Virus record (IMG/VR): IMGVR_UViG_3300032212_000439
Location: 1 to 31,636 of that record
Source of the DNA: a virus
Taxonomy: Duplodnaviria; Caudoviricetes
Direction: 5' to 3' (one strand)
DNA length: 31,636 nucleotides
Shown: one piece after another, positions 1 to 7,463 of the stretch
Position numbering within the stretch: position 1 is the stretch's first letter
Layout of the letters: the number at the start of each line of letters is the position of its first letter
Notes under the pieces: generated by a model
What the model was told of the DNA's origin: nothing
Databases searched by the model: none
The model's input: the letters and a program-made list of their open reading frames with translations, nothing else
Position numbers and translations under genes: made by a program

Positions 1-77
1 ACGCCGAGCCGCAGGCGGATGCCTTGCCGCGCGCAGTCGTGGTCTGCGGTGATCGTCGTTGAGCTCCAGAGGCTCAC
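1..77 (-). CDS. hypothetical protein, partial (runs off window edge)
   Basis: GTG at 77 overlaps the TGA of the upstream gene (GTGA coupling); frame is open to position 1 (MSLWSSTTITADHDC...). Confidence 0.45.
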   Translation of the reverse strand, partial: MSLWSSTTITADHDCARQGIRLRLG

Positions 78-289
78 GCCACACTCCAGAGCCACCAAAG
101 GGCGAACACCACGAAGAGAGAGCCCATGACGCCGAGGAGGACGAAGGCGAAGTCGTCGTCATCGCGCGGGGCCTCGTCTCCGATGTAGTCGAGGTGTTGC
201 CCATGCCTGCGGACCTGGCCGACGTAGACGGGGCGCTCCCGGTCTTCGGCGTCGCGGAGTGCGGCGGTGGCGTTGTCGAGGGGCGTCAT
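74..289 (-). CDS. small protein with C-terminal membrane anchor
   Basis: ATGA-coupled start at 289; hydrophobic C-terminus FAFVLLGVMGSLFVVFALWWLW. Confidence 0.65.
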   Translation of the reverse strand: MTPLDNATAALRDAEDRERPVYVGQVRRHGQHLDYIGDEAPRDDDDFAFVLLGVMGSLFVVFALWWLWSVA

Positions 290-627
290 CGGAGCACCAC
301 CCAACTGCCATCCGGCAGAGTCCCGCGCCGCGTCGTCCTGACGGTGCGCCCGTCCTTGAGGTCTACGACGGCGTACCCGTCAGTCCCGCAGACCATCGAC
401 ACCACGCCGGGCACACCATCGAGGGTCACTTCGTCTCCGAGGATGAGCTGCGGGCGGTGCTCGCGGCCCTTCCAGTAGTGCGGGAGGTCCCATCCAGCCT
501 TGCGCGCCCTGTGCGCCCGCATACGGACGGAGGCGACCTTGATGCCGAGGGCGCTGGCCACGCCGTGCGTGTTGCCCTGGTGGGCGCTCCAGGCGCTCAG
601 GAATGCGGTCATCGTGCTGCCGGTCAT
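286..627 (-). CDS. hypothetical protein with possible N-terminal HTH
   Basis: ATGA-coupled start at 627; GNTHGVASALGIKVASVRMRAHR resembles a helix-turn-helix. Confidence 0.6.
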   Translation of the reverse strand: MTGSTMTAFLSAWSAHQGNTHGVASALGIKVASVRMRAHRARKAGWDLPHYWKGREHRPQLILGDEVTLDGVPGVVSMVCGTDGYAVVDLKDGRTVRTTRRGTLPDGSWVVLR

Positions 628-1031
628 GCCCAGCACCTCGCGCCGCCCCACGTCGGGTCGCTCATCCATGGCATCGGAGCCATCGGCGCAGGCCCCTGCG
701 TCGGCTCGACTGCGGCAACCGCAACCACGGGCTGGCCATGCGTCGGCTTTCGCGCGCCCTTGAGTTTGACGGTCCACGTCTTGAGCTTTCCGCTCACACG
801 CCTGGTACGTGCGACGGTGATTGCGAAGTAGGCGTCATCAGGCCGAGCCCCGATCCACCGAAGAAGCTGGGCGGCGCTCCGCGCGCCAAACTCGACCGTG
901 CCAACACGCCGGTTGACGATCTGCGCGACCTCTCGCGACGAAAGCATCGCCTGAGTCTGGTGGCGGTCGGCCAGTTCGCTGGCCAGTGCCGCCGCAGCAA
1001 CCTCGCGGCTGGCGGTGTTGCAGGCGGTCAT
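624..1031 (-). CDS. hypothetical protein
   Basis: ATG at 1031 coupled to upstream TGA (MTACNTASREV...); fits the chain of ATGA overlaps. Confidence 0.6.
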   Translation of the reverse strand: MTACNTASREVAAAALASELADRHQTQAMLSSREVAQIVNRRVGTVEFGARSAAQLLRWIGARPDDAYFAITVARTRRVSGKLKTWTVKLKGARKPTHGQPVVAVAAVEPTQGPAPMAPMPWMSDPTWGGARCWA

Positions 1032-1396
1032 CGCGGCGCCCCTTCTTCGGCGTCCCACTTCCGCAGGGTGTCGAGGTGCTTGACGGCGATGCGCGACGGG
1101 ATGGCGCCGGCGCTGTGCGGCCCCTGGGCCACGACGGACAGCAGCGGGCGCGAGGACGAGCGGGGGCACCATTCGGCGTGCTCGCGCTCTTCGACGGCAT
1201 ACCGCTCGCAGTGGGGGCAGAGCTCCGCGCCTTCGATGTCGAGGACCTCGGCAATGTCGGCGGCGTTCTGCCTGGCGCACGCGCTGCAGACGCGCTCCCG
1301 GCGCGACAGCGGCTCGGCGTGGCATTGCGGGCAGATGTCGTCGTCGGCCATATCGTAGGGCGGTCGCGGCGTGTCGCCGTAGTCGCTGATGCTCAT
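1028..1396 (-). CDS. Cys-rich putative zinc-binding protein
   Basis: CPQC...CSAC and CPHC...H..WC motifs; ATGA overlaps at both ends. Confidence 0.65.
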   Translation of the reverse strand: MSISDYGDTPRPPYDMADDDICPQCHAEPLSRRERVCSACARQNAADIAEVLDIEGAELCPHCERYAVEEREHAEWCPRSSSRPLLSVVAQGPHSAGAIPSRIAVKHLDTLRKWDAEEGAPR

Positions 1397-1677
1397 TCTG
1401 CATCCTCCAGGCCCCGCACGAGGCGGTCGGCGAAGAGAGGCCGAAGCGCGGCGAATGGGTCGTGCATGCCGGGGTCCCGTAGCTTGAGAGTCGAGCGCAT
1501 GGAGGCGAGCGCCTCAGCGAAACTGTCGCCCGTCGTCTCATAGGCGATCGTGTCGTAGAGCCCGACGTTACGGCTGGAGCGCCACGGCTTGTTGGGGCCT
1601 TTGAGCCAGACGGACGCAGCCCTGAGATCGGCGTCGATGCTGATCACGAGGTAGCAGTGATAGACGATGCCCTTCAT
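1393..1677 (-). CDS. hypothetical protein
   Basis: ATG at 1677 with GGAGGAG RBS and ATGA coupling (MKGIVYHCYL...). Confidence 0.6.
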   Translation of the reverse strand: MKGIVYHCYLVISIDADLRAASVWLKGPNKPWRSSRNVGLYDTIAYETTGDSFAEALASMRSTLKLRDPGMHDPFAALRPLFADRLVRGLEDAE

Positions 1678-1886
1678 AACTCCTCCGAGAGCACCCGCGC
1701 ACATTCGCGGGCGTTGATGATGGCGACATCGCGGTCGCCGGTTGACTTGAACTTGCGGCGCAGGTTGTTCGACTCGGCGTCGTACACGCGGACCTCGCGC
1801 CCGCCGAGACCGGCGAAGCGGAAAACGTAGGCGTCGAAGCCGTGCCCAACGTCGATGCGTGGGGTGTATTCGAGACGGGCGGTCAT
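1674..1886 (-). CDS. hypothetical protein
   Basis: ATGA-coupled start at 1886 (MTARLEYTPR...). Confidence 0.6.
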   Translation of the reverse strand: MTARLEYTPRIDVGHGFDAYVFRFAGLGGREVRVYDAESNNLRRKFKSTGDRDVAIINARECARVLSEEL

Positions 1887-2212
1887 CGACTGAGCCAATC
1901 AGCGAGCCCGCGCACCCCGTAGAACACCGGCTTGCCCGCAGCCATGGCGCGGTCTACCTCGCGGTCTGCCCCCGGCGACTCCCCATCCAGGCGCCAAACA
2001 GCGTCGGCACGGTCCAGCATGGCGAAGTCGATGTTCATCCAGAACTCGTAGTCATGCGGGCTGATGGTGTGCCAGAGGTGGAAGAGGTGCGGCACGAACG
2101 GGACGGCGCCGAGGCCGACGACCGACTCCCCGGCAAACACCGCATCTCGGACGTTCGTTACAGGGTCTGGCGCCGTGTACGGGCCGGCGATGAAGATGAG
2201 CGGGCCACCCAT
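1883..2212 (-). CDS. DUF4406-like / nucleoside 2-deoxyribosyltransferase-fold protein
   Basis: IFIAGPY...PFVPHL...MLDRADAVWRLDGESPGADREV pattern; TGATG coupling to the MTase gene. Confidence 0.75.
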   Translation of the reverse strand: MGGPLIFIAGPYTAPDPVTNVRDAVFAGESVVGLGAVPFVPHLFHLWHTISPHDYEFWMNIDFAMLDRADAVWRLDGESPGADREVDRAMAAGKPVFYGVRGLADWLSR

Positions 2213-3090
2213 CAAAACATCGCCTGCTGGGCCTTGCCCGTATCGACGGTGGCCAGGTTGCGGCACGCCTGCCCGTAGTAGGAATCCTTGAGCTCGACGC
2301 CGACGAAGCGGCGCCCCTCCTCCAGTGCGACGTAGCCCTCGCTCCCGATGCCCATGAACGGGCTCAGGACGGTGTCGCCAGGGTTGCTCCACAGCTTGAG
2401 CGCGCGGCGGATAACTCCGAGCTGGAGAGGGCAGATGTGCCGCTCGTCCTCGTGGTCTCGCGCGGACCGGTACTGGAGCGTGTCGTTGCTCTTGATGTCC
2501 ATCCAGACGGGCGAGGCGTACTTCTGCCAGAGGCCGACGGGGAAGTCTTCGTGCGTGTGCCCGACCCGCTCGGGGTTCTCGCCAGGCTTCCGCATCGTCA
2601 CGAGGTAGTCAGGGATGCCCTGCCTGCTCATGCACGAATCCTTGCGGATCTGCTTGTGGAGCAGGCCCAGCGCCTTCGTGCGCTGCATCGCAGTGACGGG
2701 GTCCTTCCAGATGCACACCTCCGAATGGAAGATCCAGCCGCACTCCACGAACCGGCGGATGAGTTCGCCTCGGAAGTCGCGGATGCCGATGAATCCGTCC
2801 CGCGCCTTCGACGTGGGCAAGTTCATGCAGTGGAAGCTGACCAGCCGCCCCGGCTTCGTGACGCGGTAGAGCTCCGCGATGAGAAACAGGAAGTGCGCGA
2901 AGAACTCGTCGTCGTCCTTGCAGTTCCCCATGTCGCGCGGGCTGGCCGAGTACGTGTAGAGCGACGCAAACGGCGGCGAGAACACGGAGAAATGGACGCT
3001 CTCGTCGGGCAGGTTCCGCACTACTTCGACGCAGTCGCCGTGGTACGCGACGAAGTTCTCGCCTTCGGTCTGGTTCAGTACGTCGATCAT
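2212..3090 (-). CDS. beta-class N4-cytosine/N6-adenine DNA methyltransferase
   Basis: Catalytic motif IV SPPF precedes SAM-binding SPFMGIGSEG...FVGVELK; start MIDVLNQ at 3090 with GGAGG RBS. Confidence 0.9.
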   Translation of the reverse strand: MIDVLNQTEGENFVAYHGDCVEVVRNLPDESVHFSVFSPPFASLYTYSASPRDMGNCKDDDEFFAHFLFLIAELYRVTKPGRLVSFHCMNLPTSKARDGFIGIRDFRGELIRRFVECGWIFHSEVCIWKDPVTAMQRTKALGLLHKQIRKDSCMSRQGIPDYLVTMRKPGENPERVGHTHEDFPVGLWQKYASPVWMDIKSNDTLQYRSARDHEDERHICPLQLGVIRRALKLWSNPGDTVLSPFMGIGSEGYVALEEGRRFVGVELKDSYYGQACRNLATVDTGKAQQAMF

Positions 3091-4481
3091 GCTTCCTCCA
3101 TGCCGACCCATGCCGGGACGGTCATCTGCTTGCTCGGGTTGTAGGGGTTCCACTCTCGACCGCTGGCGGCGCCAATGTCGGCGCGGAGGACTTCTGACGC
3201 CCTCGCGGTCATGATCACGCTCATCCTCGCCGCAGCGGCTTCCTTGCGTCGGTAGTTGGCAATCACGGCGCCCTCGGTCTCGGCGCGGATGATGTGGACG
3301 CGCACTCTGCGGGTCTGACCGAATCGCCAGCACCGACGGATGGCCTGGTACGTCTGTTCGTAGGAGTGCGACGCTCCGAGGAAGACCATCTCGGCGCAGT
3401 GCTGCCAGTTCATGCCGAAGCCTGCGATCTTCGGCTTCGTCACGAGGACGGAGAACTCGCCGCGAGAGAAGCCGTTGAGGTGCTCGGCCTTGACCTCGGG
3501 CTTGTCTGACCCCTGGACGTTGACCGCGCCAGGGATGGCGGCGGCGATGGCGTCGGCCTCGCGGTTGTACTCGGCCCAGATGAGGACCGGACCATCGGCA
3601 GCGGCGGCAATGTCCCGTGCGAGCGCGACGCGCTTGTCGAGAGTGCCTTTACGGACAGCCCGCTGCTCGTTGAGCCCTGCGGCCTGCGGCGCGAAGAGGA
3701 AGCCCTCAGACCATGCGTCCGAGTGCTCGACTCTTAAGACGTGCTCGACCATCTCGACGGGCGGGAGTCGGTACAGAGAGCCGTCGTGCCCGAGGTCTGA
3801 GGGCGACTTGACGACGGCGCCCCACGATGCGACCCACCGCCAGAAGTCATCGACGGCGTGACCCTTCACGCGCCAGTCCTGGGTGCTTCCGCCGTCGTGA
3901 CAGAAGTACTCGGCCAGCATCTCGACGCGCGACTTGACTCCGAGGAATTCGGAATGGTTGCCGAGCTCGGTGAAGTCGTTAGGGGCTGGCGTCGCCGTAC
4001 ACGCGAGCCGATACGGAGTGTTGGCGAATCGCTCGATGAGTAGGTTCCTCGTCTTCCCGGTGAATGACTTGAGGATGCTCGACTCGTCCAGCACGACGCC
4101 GACGAACGCGGACGGGTCGAAGTGCTCGACCATCTCGTAGTTGGTCACGGTGATGGCGTCGCCGCTGTCCTCGCGACGGTAGGCGCATTCGACGCCGAAG
4201 CGTGCGCCCTCTGCGACGGTCTGCTCGCACACTGCCAGCGGAGCGATGAGCAACACGCGCCCGACGCTAGACACGTTGCGCGCCCATTCCAACTGCATGA
4301 TGGTCTTCCCCAGGCCGGTGTCAGCGAAGATTGCTGCACGCCCCTTTCGGAGAGCCCACAGCACGAGGTCACGCTGGTGCGGGAATGCCGCATCGGTGAC
4401 GCCGACGACCGGCGCAGACTCGAACCGATGCGTGGCGTGCTTGCCCTGGATCCACTGCTCGTAGATGGGTGCGGCGTTCAC
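3087..4481 (-). CDS. SF2 (SNF2-like) helicase/ATPase
   Basis: Walker A DTGLGKT, LDESS, TATPAPN, GFGMNWQ and QAIRRCWRFGQ motifs; GTG start at 4481 inferred from GTGA coupling. Confidence 0.9.
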   Translation of the reverse strand: MNAAPIYEQWIQGKHATHRFESAPVVGVTDAAFPHQRDLVLWALRKGRAAIFADTGLGKTIMQLEWARNVSSVGRVLLIAPLAVCEQTVAEGARFGVECAYRREDSGDAITVTNYEMVEHFDPSAFVGVVLDESSILKSFTGKTRNLLIERFANTPYRLACTATPAPNDFTELGNHSEFLGVKSRVEMLAEYFCHDGGSTQDWRVKGHAVDDFWRWVASWGAVVKSPSDLGHDGSLYRLPPVEMVEHVLRVEHSDAWSEGFLFAPQAAGLNEQRAVRKGTLDKRVALARDIAAAADGPVLIWAEYNREADAIAAAIPGAVNVQGSDKPEVKAEHLNGFSRGEFSVLVTKPKIAGFGMNWQHCAEMVFLGASHSYEQTYQAIRRCWRFGQTRRVRVHIIRAETEGAVIANYRRKEAAAARMSVIMTARASEVLRADIGAASGREWNPYNPSKQMTVPAWVGMEEA

Positions 4482-4723
4482 GACGGCACCGGCATCTGCG
4501 CAAGGGCGTGAATCACGAGCGCCTTCTGGTGGGTGAACGCGCGGCCCTCGAGGACGGCGAGCGTCGCCTGCGTCTTTTCGCGCTCTTCGGGCGTCAGCCA
4601 CGGTTGCGGGCGTCCCGGGGTGGTCCTCGGCGCCGGCTTCTCAATCGGCGTCAGAAGCAGCATGGCCCGAAGCGAAAGAATCGCCTCGTGGACCGTCATC
4701 GTCTCGCAGTGCTCGTTGCTCAT
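4478..4723 (-). CDS. hypothetical protein, first gene of the leftward operon
   Basis: ATG at 4723 lies 7 nt downstream of the TAACCT -10 element. Confidence 0.6.
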   Translation of the reverse strand: MSNEHCETMTVHEAILSLRAMLLLTPIEKPAPRTTPGRPQPWLTPEEREKTQATLAVLEGRAFTHQKALVIHALAQMPVPS

Positions 4724-4730
4724 GGCCAGG

Positions 4731-4759
4731 AGGTTAGGCGGTCGCGACAGTGTGCGCAA
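4731..4759 (-). promoter_or_regulatory. leftward sigma70-type promoter, leaderless transcript
   Basis: TTGCGC-17nt-TAACCT-7nt-ATG on the minus strand; no Shine-Dalgarno. Confidence 0.65.
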
Positions 4760-4774
4760 GTCTTCTTGTAACAT

Positions 4775-4803
4775 TTGCCGATAGGGAATCCGGCGTGTAC
4801 TGT
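4775..4803 (+). promoter_or_regulatory. rightward sigma70-type promoter, leaderless transcript
   Basis: TTGCCG-17nt-TACTGT-7nt-ATG(4811); no Shine-Dalgarno. Confidence 0.65.
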
Positions 4804-4810
4804 CTCTCGC

Positions 4811-5017
4811 ATGAGCAGCAAAACGCAACCGACAGCGCCCGAGAAGCTACGGGCATGGATGACCCTCAACGACGAGAGCGTGCCCGCGTTTGCGAAGGCG
4901 CTGAACGTCACGCCGAACACGGTCTATCGGTGGCTCAAGGGCGAGGTCCCGAGGCCTGCGACCGTCCGCGCCATCCACGAGCGCACCGGCATCGCGCCGG
5001 GGGTCTGGTACCGATGA
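4811..5017 (+). CDS. Cro-like XRE-family HTH regulator
   Basis: 68 aa; VPAFAKALNVTPNTVYRWLKGEVPRP HTH; first gene of the rightward operon. Confidence 0.85.
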   Translation: MSSKTQPTAPEKLRAWMTLNDESVPAFAKALNVTPNTVYRWLKGEVPRPATVRAIHERTGIAPGVWYR

Positions 5018-5073
5018 CCATTACCCCCGAGACCATCAACGCCGTATCCGACGACCTGGCCAGGCTGGCAATA
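5014..5073 (+). repeat. direct repeat, copy 1 (gene start duplicated at 5818)
   Basis: First 32 nt identical to 5818-5849; both copies encode MTITPETINAVSDDLARL. Confidence 0.95.
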
Positions 5074-5821
5074 GACCGAATCGCGGGACGGCCTGTACTT
5101 GTGTCTGTGTCAGGCGGGAAAGACAGCACCGCCGCGGCGCTGTTCCTCAAGGAGATGGGGATCCCGTTCCAGGCGGTCCACTGTGATACGGGATGGGAGC
5201 ACCCAGATACGGGCGTTGATGCCTGAGTGGGAACGCCAGGCCGCTTTTGATTGTGACGTTTGGAGGCCCATACACGGATGGACGCTTCAGCAGGTGATTG
5301 ACATTCACCACAGGCACGGGGTGGCGCCAAACCCGCTCTATACGCGGAATCACGAGCGGGTCGGGTGTTGGCCGTGCATCAATGGAAAGAAGGCCGAGAT
5401 CAACAGAATGTCCCGTGATCTGCGGATGCCCCTTGCGGACAGGCTTCGGCCACTGGAGGACTACGCGCAGGCCACGTGGGATGAGCAGGTAAGGGAGTGG
5501 TCCGCCGTTGCCGAGGCGGCTAAAGCCGCGGGGCTCACACCAGAGGAGGCAGCTCGAAAGATGGGGAAGTCAGGCAGGGCGGATCCCGGAAAGATGCGCG
5601 TCGCCAACATCGTTTACGGCGTGCCAGACGAGCGCCCGCCGCTCAAGACGGCCTGGTTCCACAGTTCCACTCATGGCCCGATGAAAGTAGACGAGGCTAT
5701 CGCGTGGTCACAAACGCGCAGAGGGGGTCCGAAAACCCTGGAGCTGTTCGCTGCGCCTGCCTCTGATCAAGGATGCATGCGGTGGGGTCTCTGTGATACG
5801 GGCGGGCGGGAGAGCCAATGA
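5014..5821 (+). pseudogene. PAPS-reductase-family (PP-loop) gene split into 5014-5226 and 5219-5821, with the central region missing
   Basis: N-part has SVSGGKDS and DTGWEHPDT; C-part in another frame has WRPIHGW, NPLY, RVGCWPC and GCMRWGLC; the expected middle section is absent. Confidence 0.75.
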
Positions 5822-5877
5822 CCATTACCCCCGAGACCATCAACGCCGTCAGCGACGACCTAGCCCGATTGGGCATC
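5818..5877 (+). repeat. direct repeat, copy 2
   Basis: ATGACCATTACCCCCGAGACCATCAACGCCGT shared with 5014. Confidence 0.95.
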
Positions 5878-6387
5878 GTCCTCCTGAGCGCCACGTCTGA
5901 GCTCGTCGTCGCCATCGAGCGCCAGCGCGCCGGGATGACCGGCAAGGGCTTTGCCGACCGCTTCATGCTGAACAGCAAGCACTGCGGGCCGTGCCTGCTC
6001 ATCGCTGACACTCCCGGCATGACGGACGGTCGGCTGCTCCACGAGATGGGGCACGCGCTCTTGTGGGTCGCGAGTGGGCGCCCGCCTGGCCACGATTGGG
6101 CCTGCTATCGCCCGGGGCCGACGAGCGGCTCATTGGCCGACACGCGGGCCACTGTCCTCGGGCTGGCCTATGCGGAGCTCCGTGGCGTCGAGTACGTCGA
6201 GTACGCAGGGGGCGTCGAACTGGTTCCGAAGGGCACCCGAAACTGGCAATGCGCGGACTGTGGGGCAGACAACAATCCGATTGTGACCTTCTGCATCTGC
6301 TGCCACGGCGGTCGGCGCAGTACCGACGAACTCAGGCCACACGATCACGACCGAGAGCGCGAGCTCGTGCGGCGGCTGCTCCCGTGA
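5818..6387 (+). CDS. HExxH zinc-metallopeptidase-like protein with RanBP2-type zinc finger
   Basis: LLHEMGHAL; W-x-C-x2-C-x3-N-x6-C-x2-C (WQCADCGADNNPIVTFCICC). Confidence 0.65.
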   Translation: MTITPETINAVSDDLARLGIVLLSATSELVVAIERQRAGMTGKGFADRFMLNSKHCGPCLLIADTPGMTDGRLLHEMGHALLWVASGRPPGHDWACYRPGPTSGSLADTRATVLGLAYAELRGVEYVEYAGGVELVPKGTRNWQCADCGADNNPIVTFCICCHGGRRSTDELRPHDHDRERELVRRLLP

Positions 6388-6620
6388 CCCTCCCTCCCGA
6401 CGACCTCGAGCGCCTCCGCGCTGCTGGCCTGCGCCTCGACGGCCTCGCCATCTACAGCGGCGCCGACCCGGTCGCGCGAATCCAGGGCACGGGCGAGCCG
6501 TCTACAACGGTCATCTTCTCCGTCGGCGGCGCTCGTCGCTGGCTCCCATTCAACAAGCTGGACGGCGGGCAGACGCGCTCTGCCGTGCGGCGATTCTGCG
6601 AGGCGATGAAATGGGCGTAA
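6384..6620 (+). CDS. hypothetical protein
   Basis: GTGA-coupled start (MTLPPDDLERLR...). Confidence 0.6.
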   Translation: MTLPPDDLERLRAAGLRLDGLAIYSGADPVARIQGTGEPSTTVIFSVGGARRWLPFNKLDGGQTRSAVRRFCEAMKWA

Positions 6621-7051
6621 GTACAGATGCGATCTTGTGGTTCGGCTTTGAGTACGGCGAAGAGCCGCCGTGGTTCGACACGGACCCCGACGACTACGAA
6701 GACGAGGAGCCCGAGGACTCTGACGATTGGATGGCCCGCGTTCTTGGCATCGTCGGCCCTGTGGCCGACTACAGCGAAGAGACCGCCGAGGAGTATCAAG
6801 CCCACTGGAAGGCGAAGCGCGAGGCTATCGCCGCGGCGGGCGTCGAGGTCATCCACCACTGCCACCACGAGTGCGTGATGTACGGCCTCGGCGTGCTCAA
6901 GGTCAGCGCATCGCGTGGCTACCCTGAGAACGTCTCAAAGCACATCGCGCAGGACACCGCCGAGGCCGAGGCGAAGCTTCGGGCTTTCTGCGAGAGGGCT
7001 GGAGTGGAGTGGGCCGAGCCTGGCTGGCATCTGGCGTCTGATTGGGCTTGA
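6611..7051 (+). CDS. acidic hypothetical protein
   Basis: 146-aa ORF with GAGG RBS and typical GC3-rich codons. Confidence 0.75.
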   Translation: MGVSTDAILWFGFEYGEEPPWFDTDPDDYEDEEPEDSDDWMARVLGIVGPVADYSEETAEEYQAHWKAKREAIAAAGVEVIHHCHHECVMYGLGVLKVSASRGYPENVSKHIAQDTAEAEAKLRAFCERAGVEWAEPGWHLASDWA

Positions 7052-7077
7052 CCCACCGTGACGCCCTCGCCTAACCT
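7048..7077 (+). promoter_or_regulatory. sigma70-type promoter for the replication operon
   Basis: TTGACC-18nt-TAACCT; shares CGCCTAACCT with the leftward promoter. Confidence 0.6.
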
Positions 7078-7083
7078 GCATCG

Positions 7084-7245
7084 GCTGGCAACAATGCCAG
7101 CACCGCCCCCGAGCGGTCCATCTACGCCCCCTCTCCCTCTGTGCACATTGAGGGGGAGGGCGGTGGGACCGCCCGGGAAGAGATGGACGCCGGAGGACAC
7201 CCCTCCAGCGCGAGAAACGCGAAAGCCCCGACGGGGGCGTGTAGA
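7084..7245 (+). ncRNA. putative structured leader RNA / ncRNA
   Basis: About seven helices readable by eye, e.g. GCTGGCA/TGCCAGC, GTCCATCT/AGATGGAC, GGGCGGT/ACCGCCC, GGAGG/CCTCC; begins 7 nt after the -10 element. Confidence 0.55.
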
Positions 7246-7253
7246 GGTGTGTG

Positions 7254-7463
7254 ATGAACGCAGTAGCTCCCGTGTCTGTGACCTTTGGTGGCGTACTCGC
7301 CAGCCGCGCGTCGGATGGCTCCGTATGTATCGAAGAGGACCGCGACGACCGGATGGAATCCGAGGCCGTATGGGCTCCGTCCATCGGCTTCCTGCGGACC
7401 GTTCTCGACATGCTCGACCGGGCTTGCCAGATCGCAGACCTTGAGCCGCCGACCGATGGCTGA
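7254..7463 (+). CDS. small hypothetical protein
   Basis: GAGGT RBS; overlaps the start of the initiator gene. Confidence 0.6.
   Translation: MNAVAPVSVTFGGVLASRASDGSVCIEEDRDDRMESEAVWAPSIGFLRTVLDMLDRACQIADLEPPTDG

Noticed and set aside
5200-5230. Programmed frameshift joining the PAPS-reductase halves
   Set aside because: No slippery heptamer, and a fusion would still lack the conserved central segment
5014-5877. IS element with target-site duplication, or a DGR template/variable repeat pair
   Set aside because: No transposase, terminal inverted repeats or reverse transcriptase; the differences are synonymous and not adenine-specific
7084-7245. tRNA or hammerhead ribozyme in the structured leader
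   Set aside because: No T-loop GTTC or cloverleaf, and no CUGANGA core
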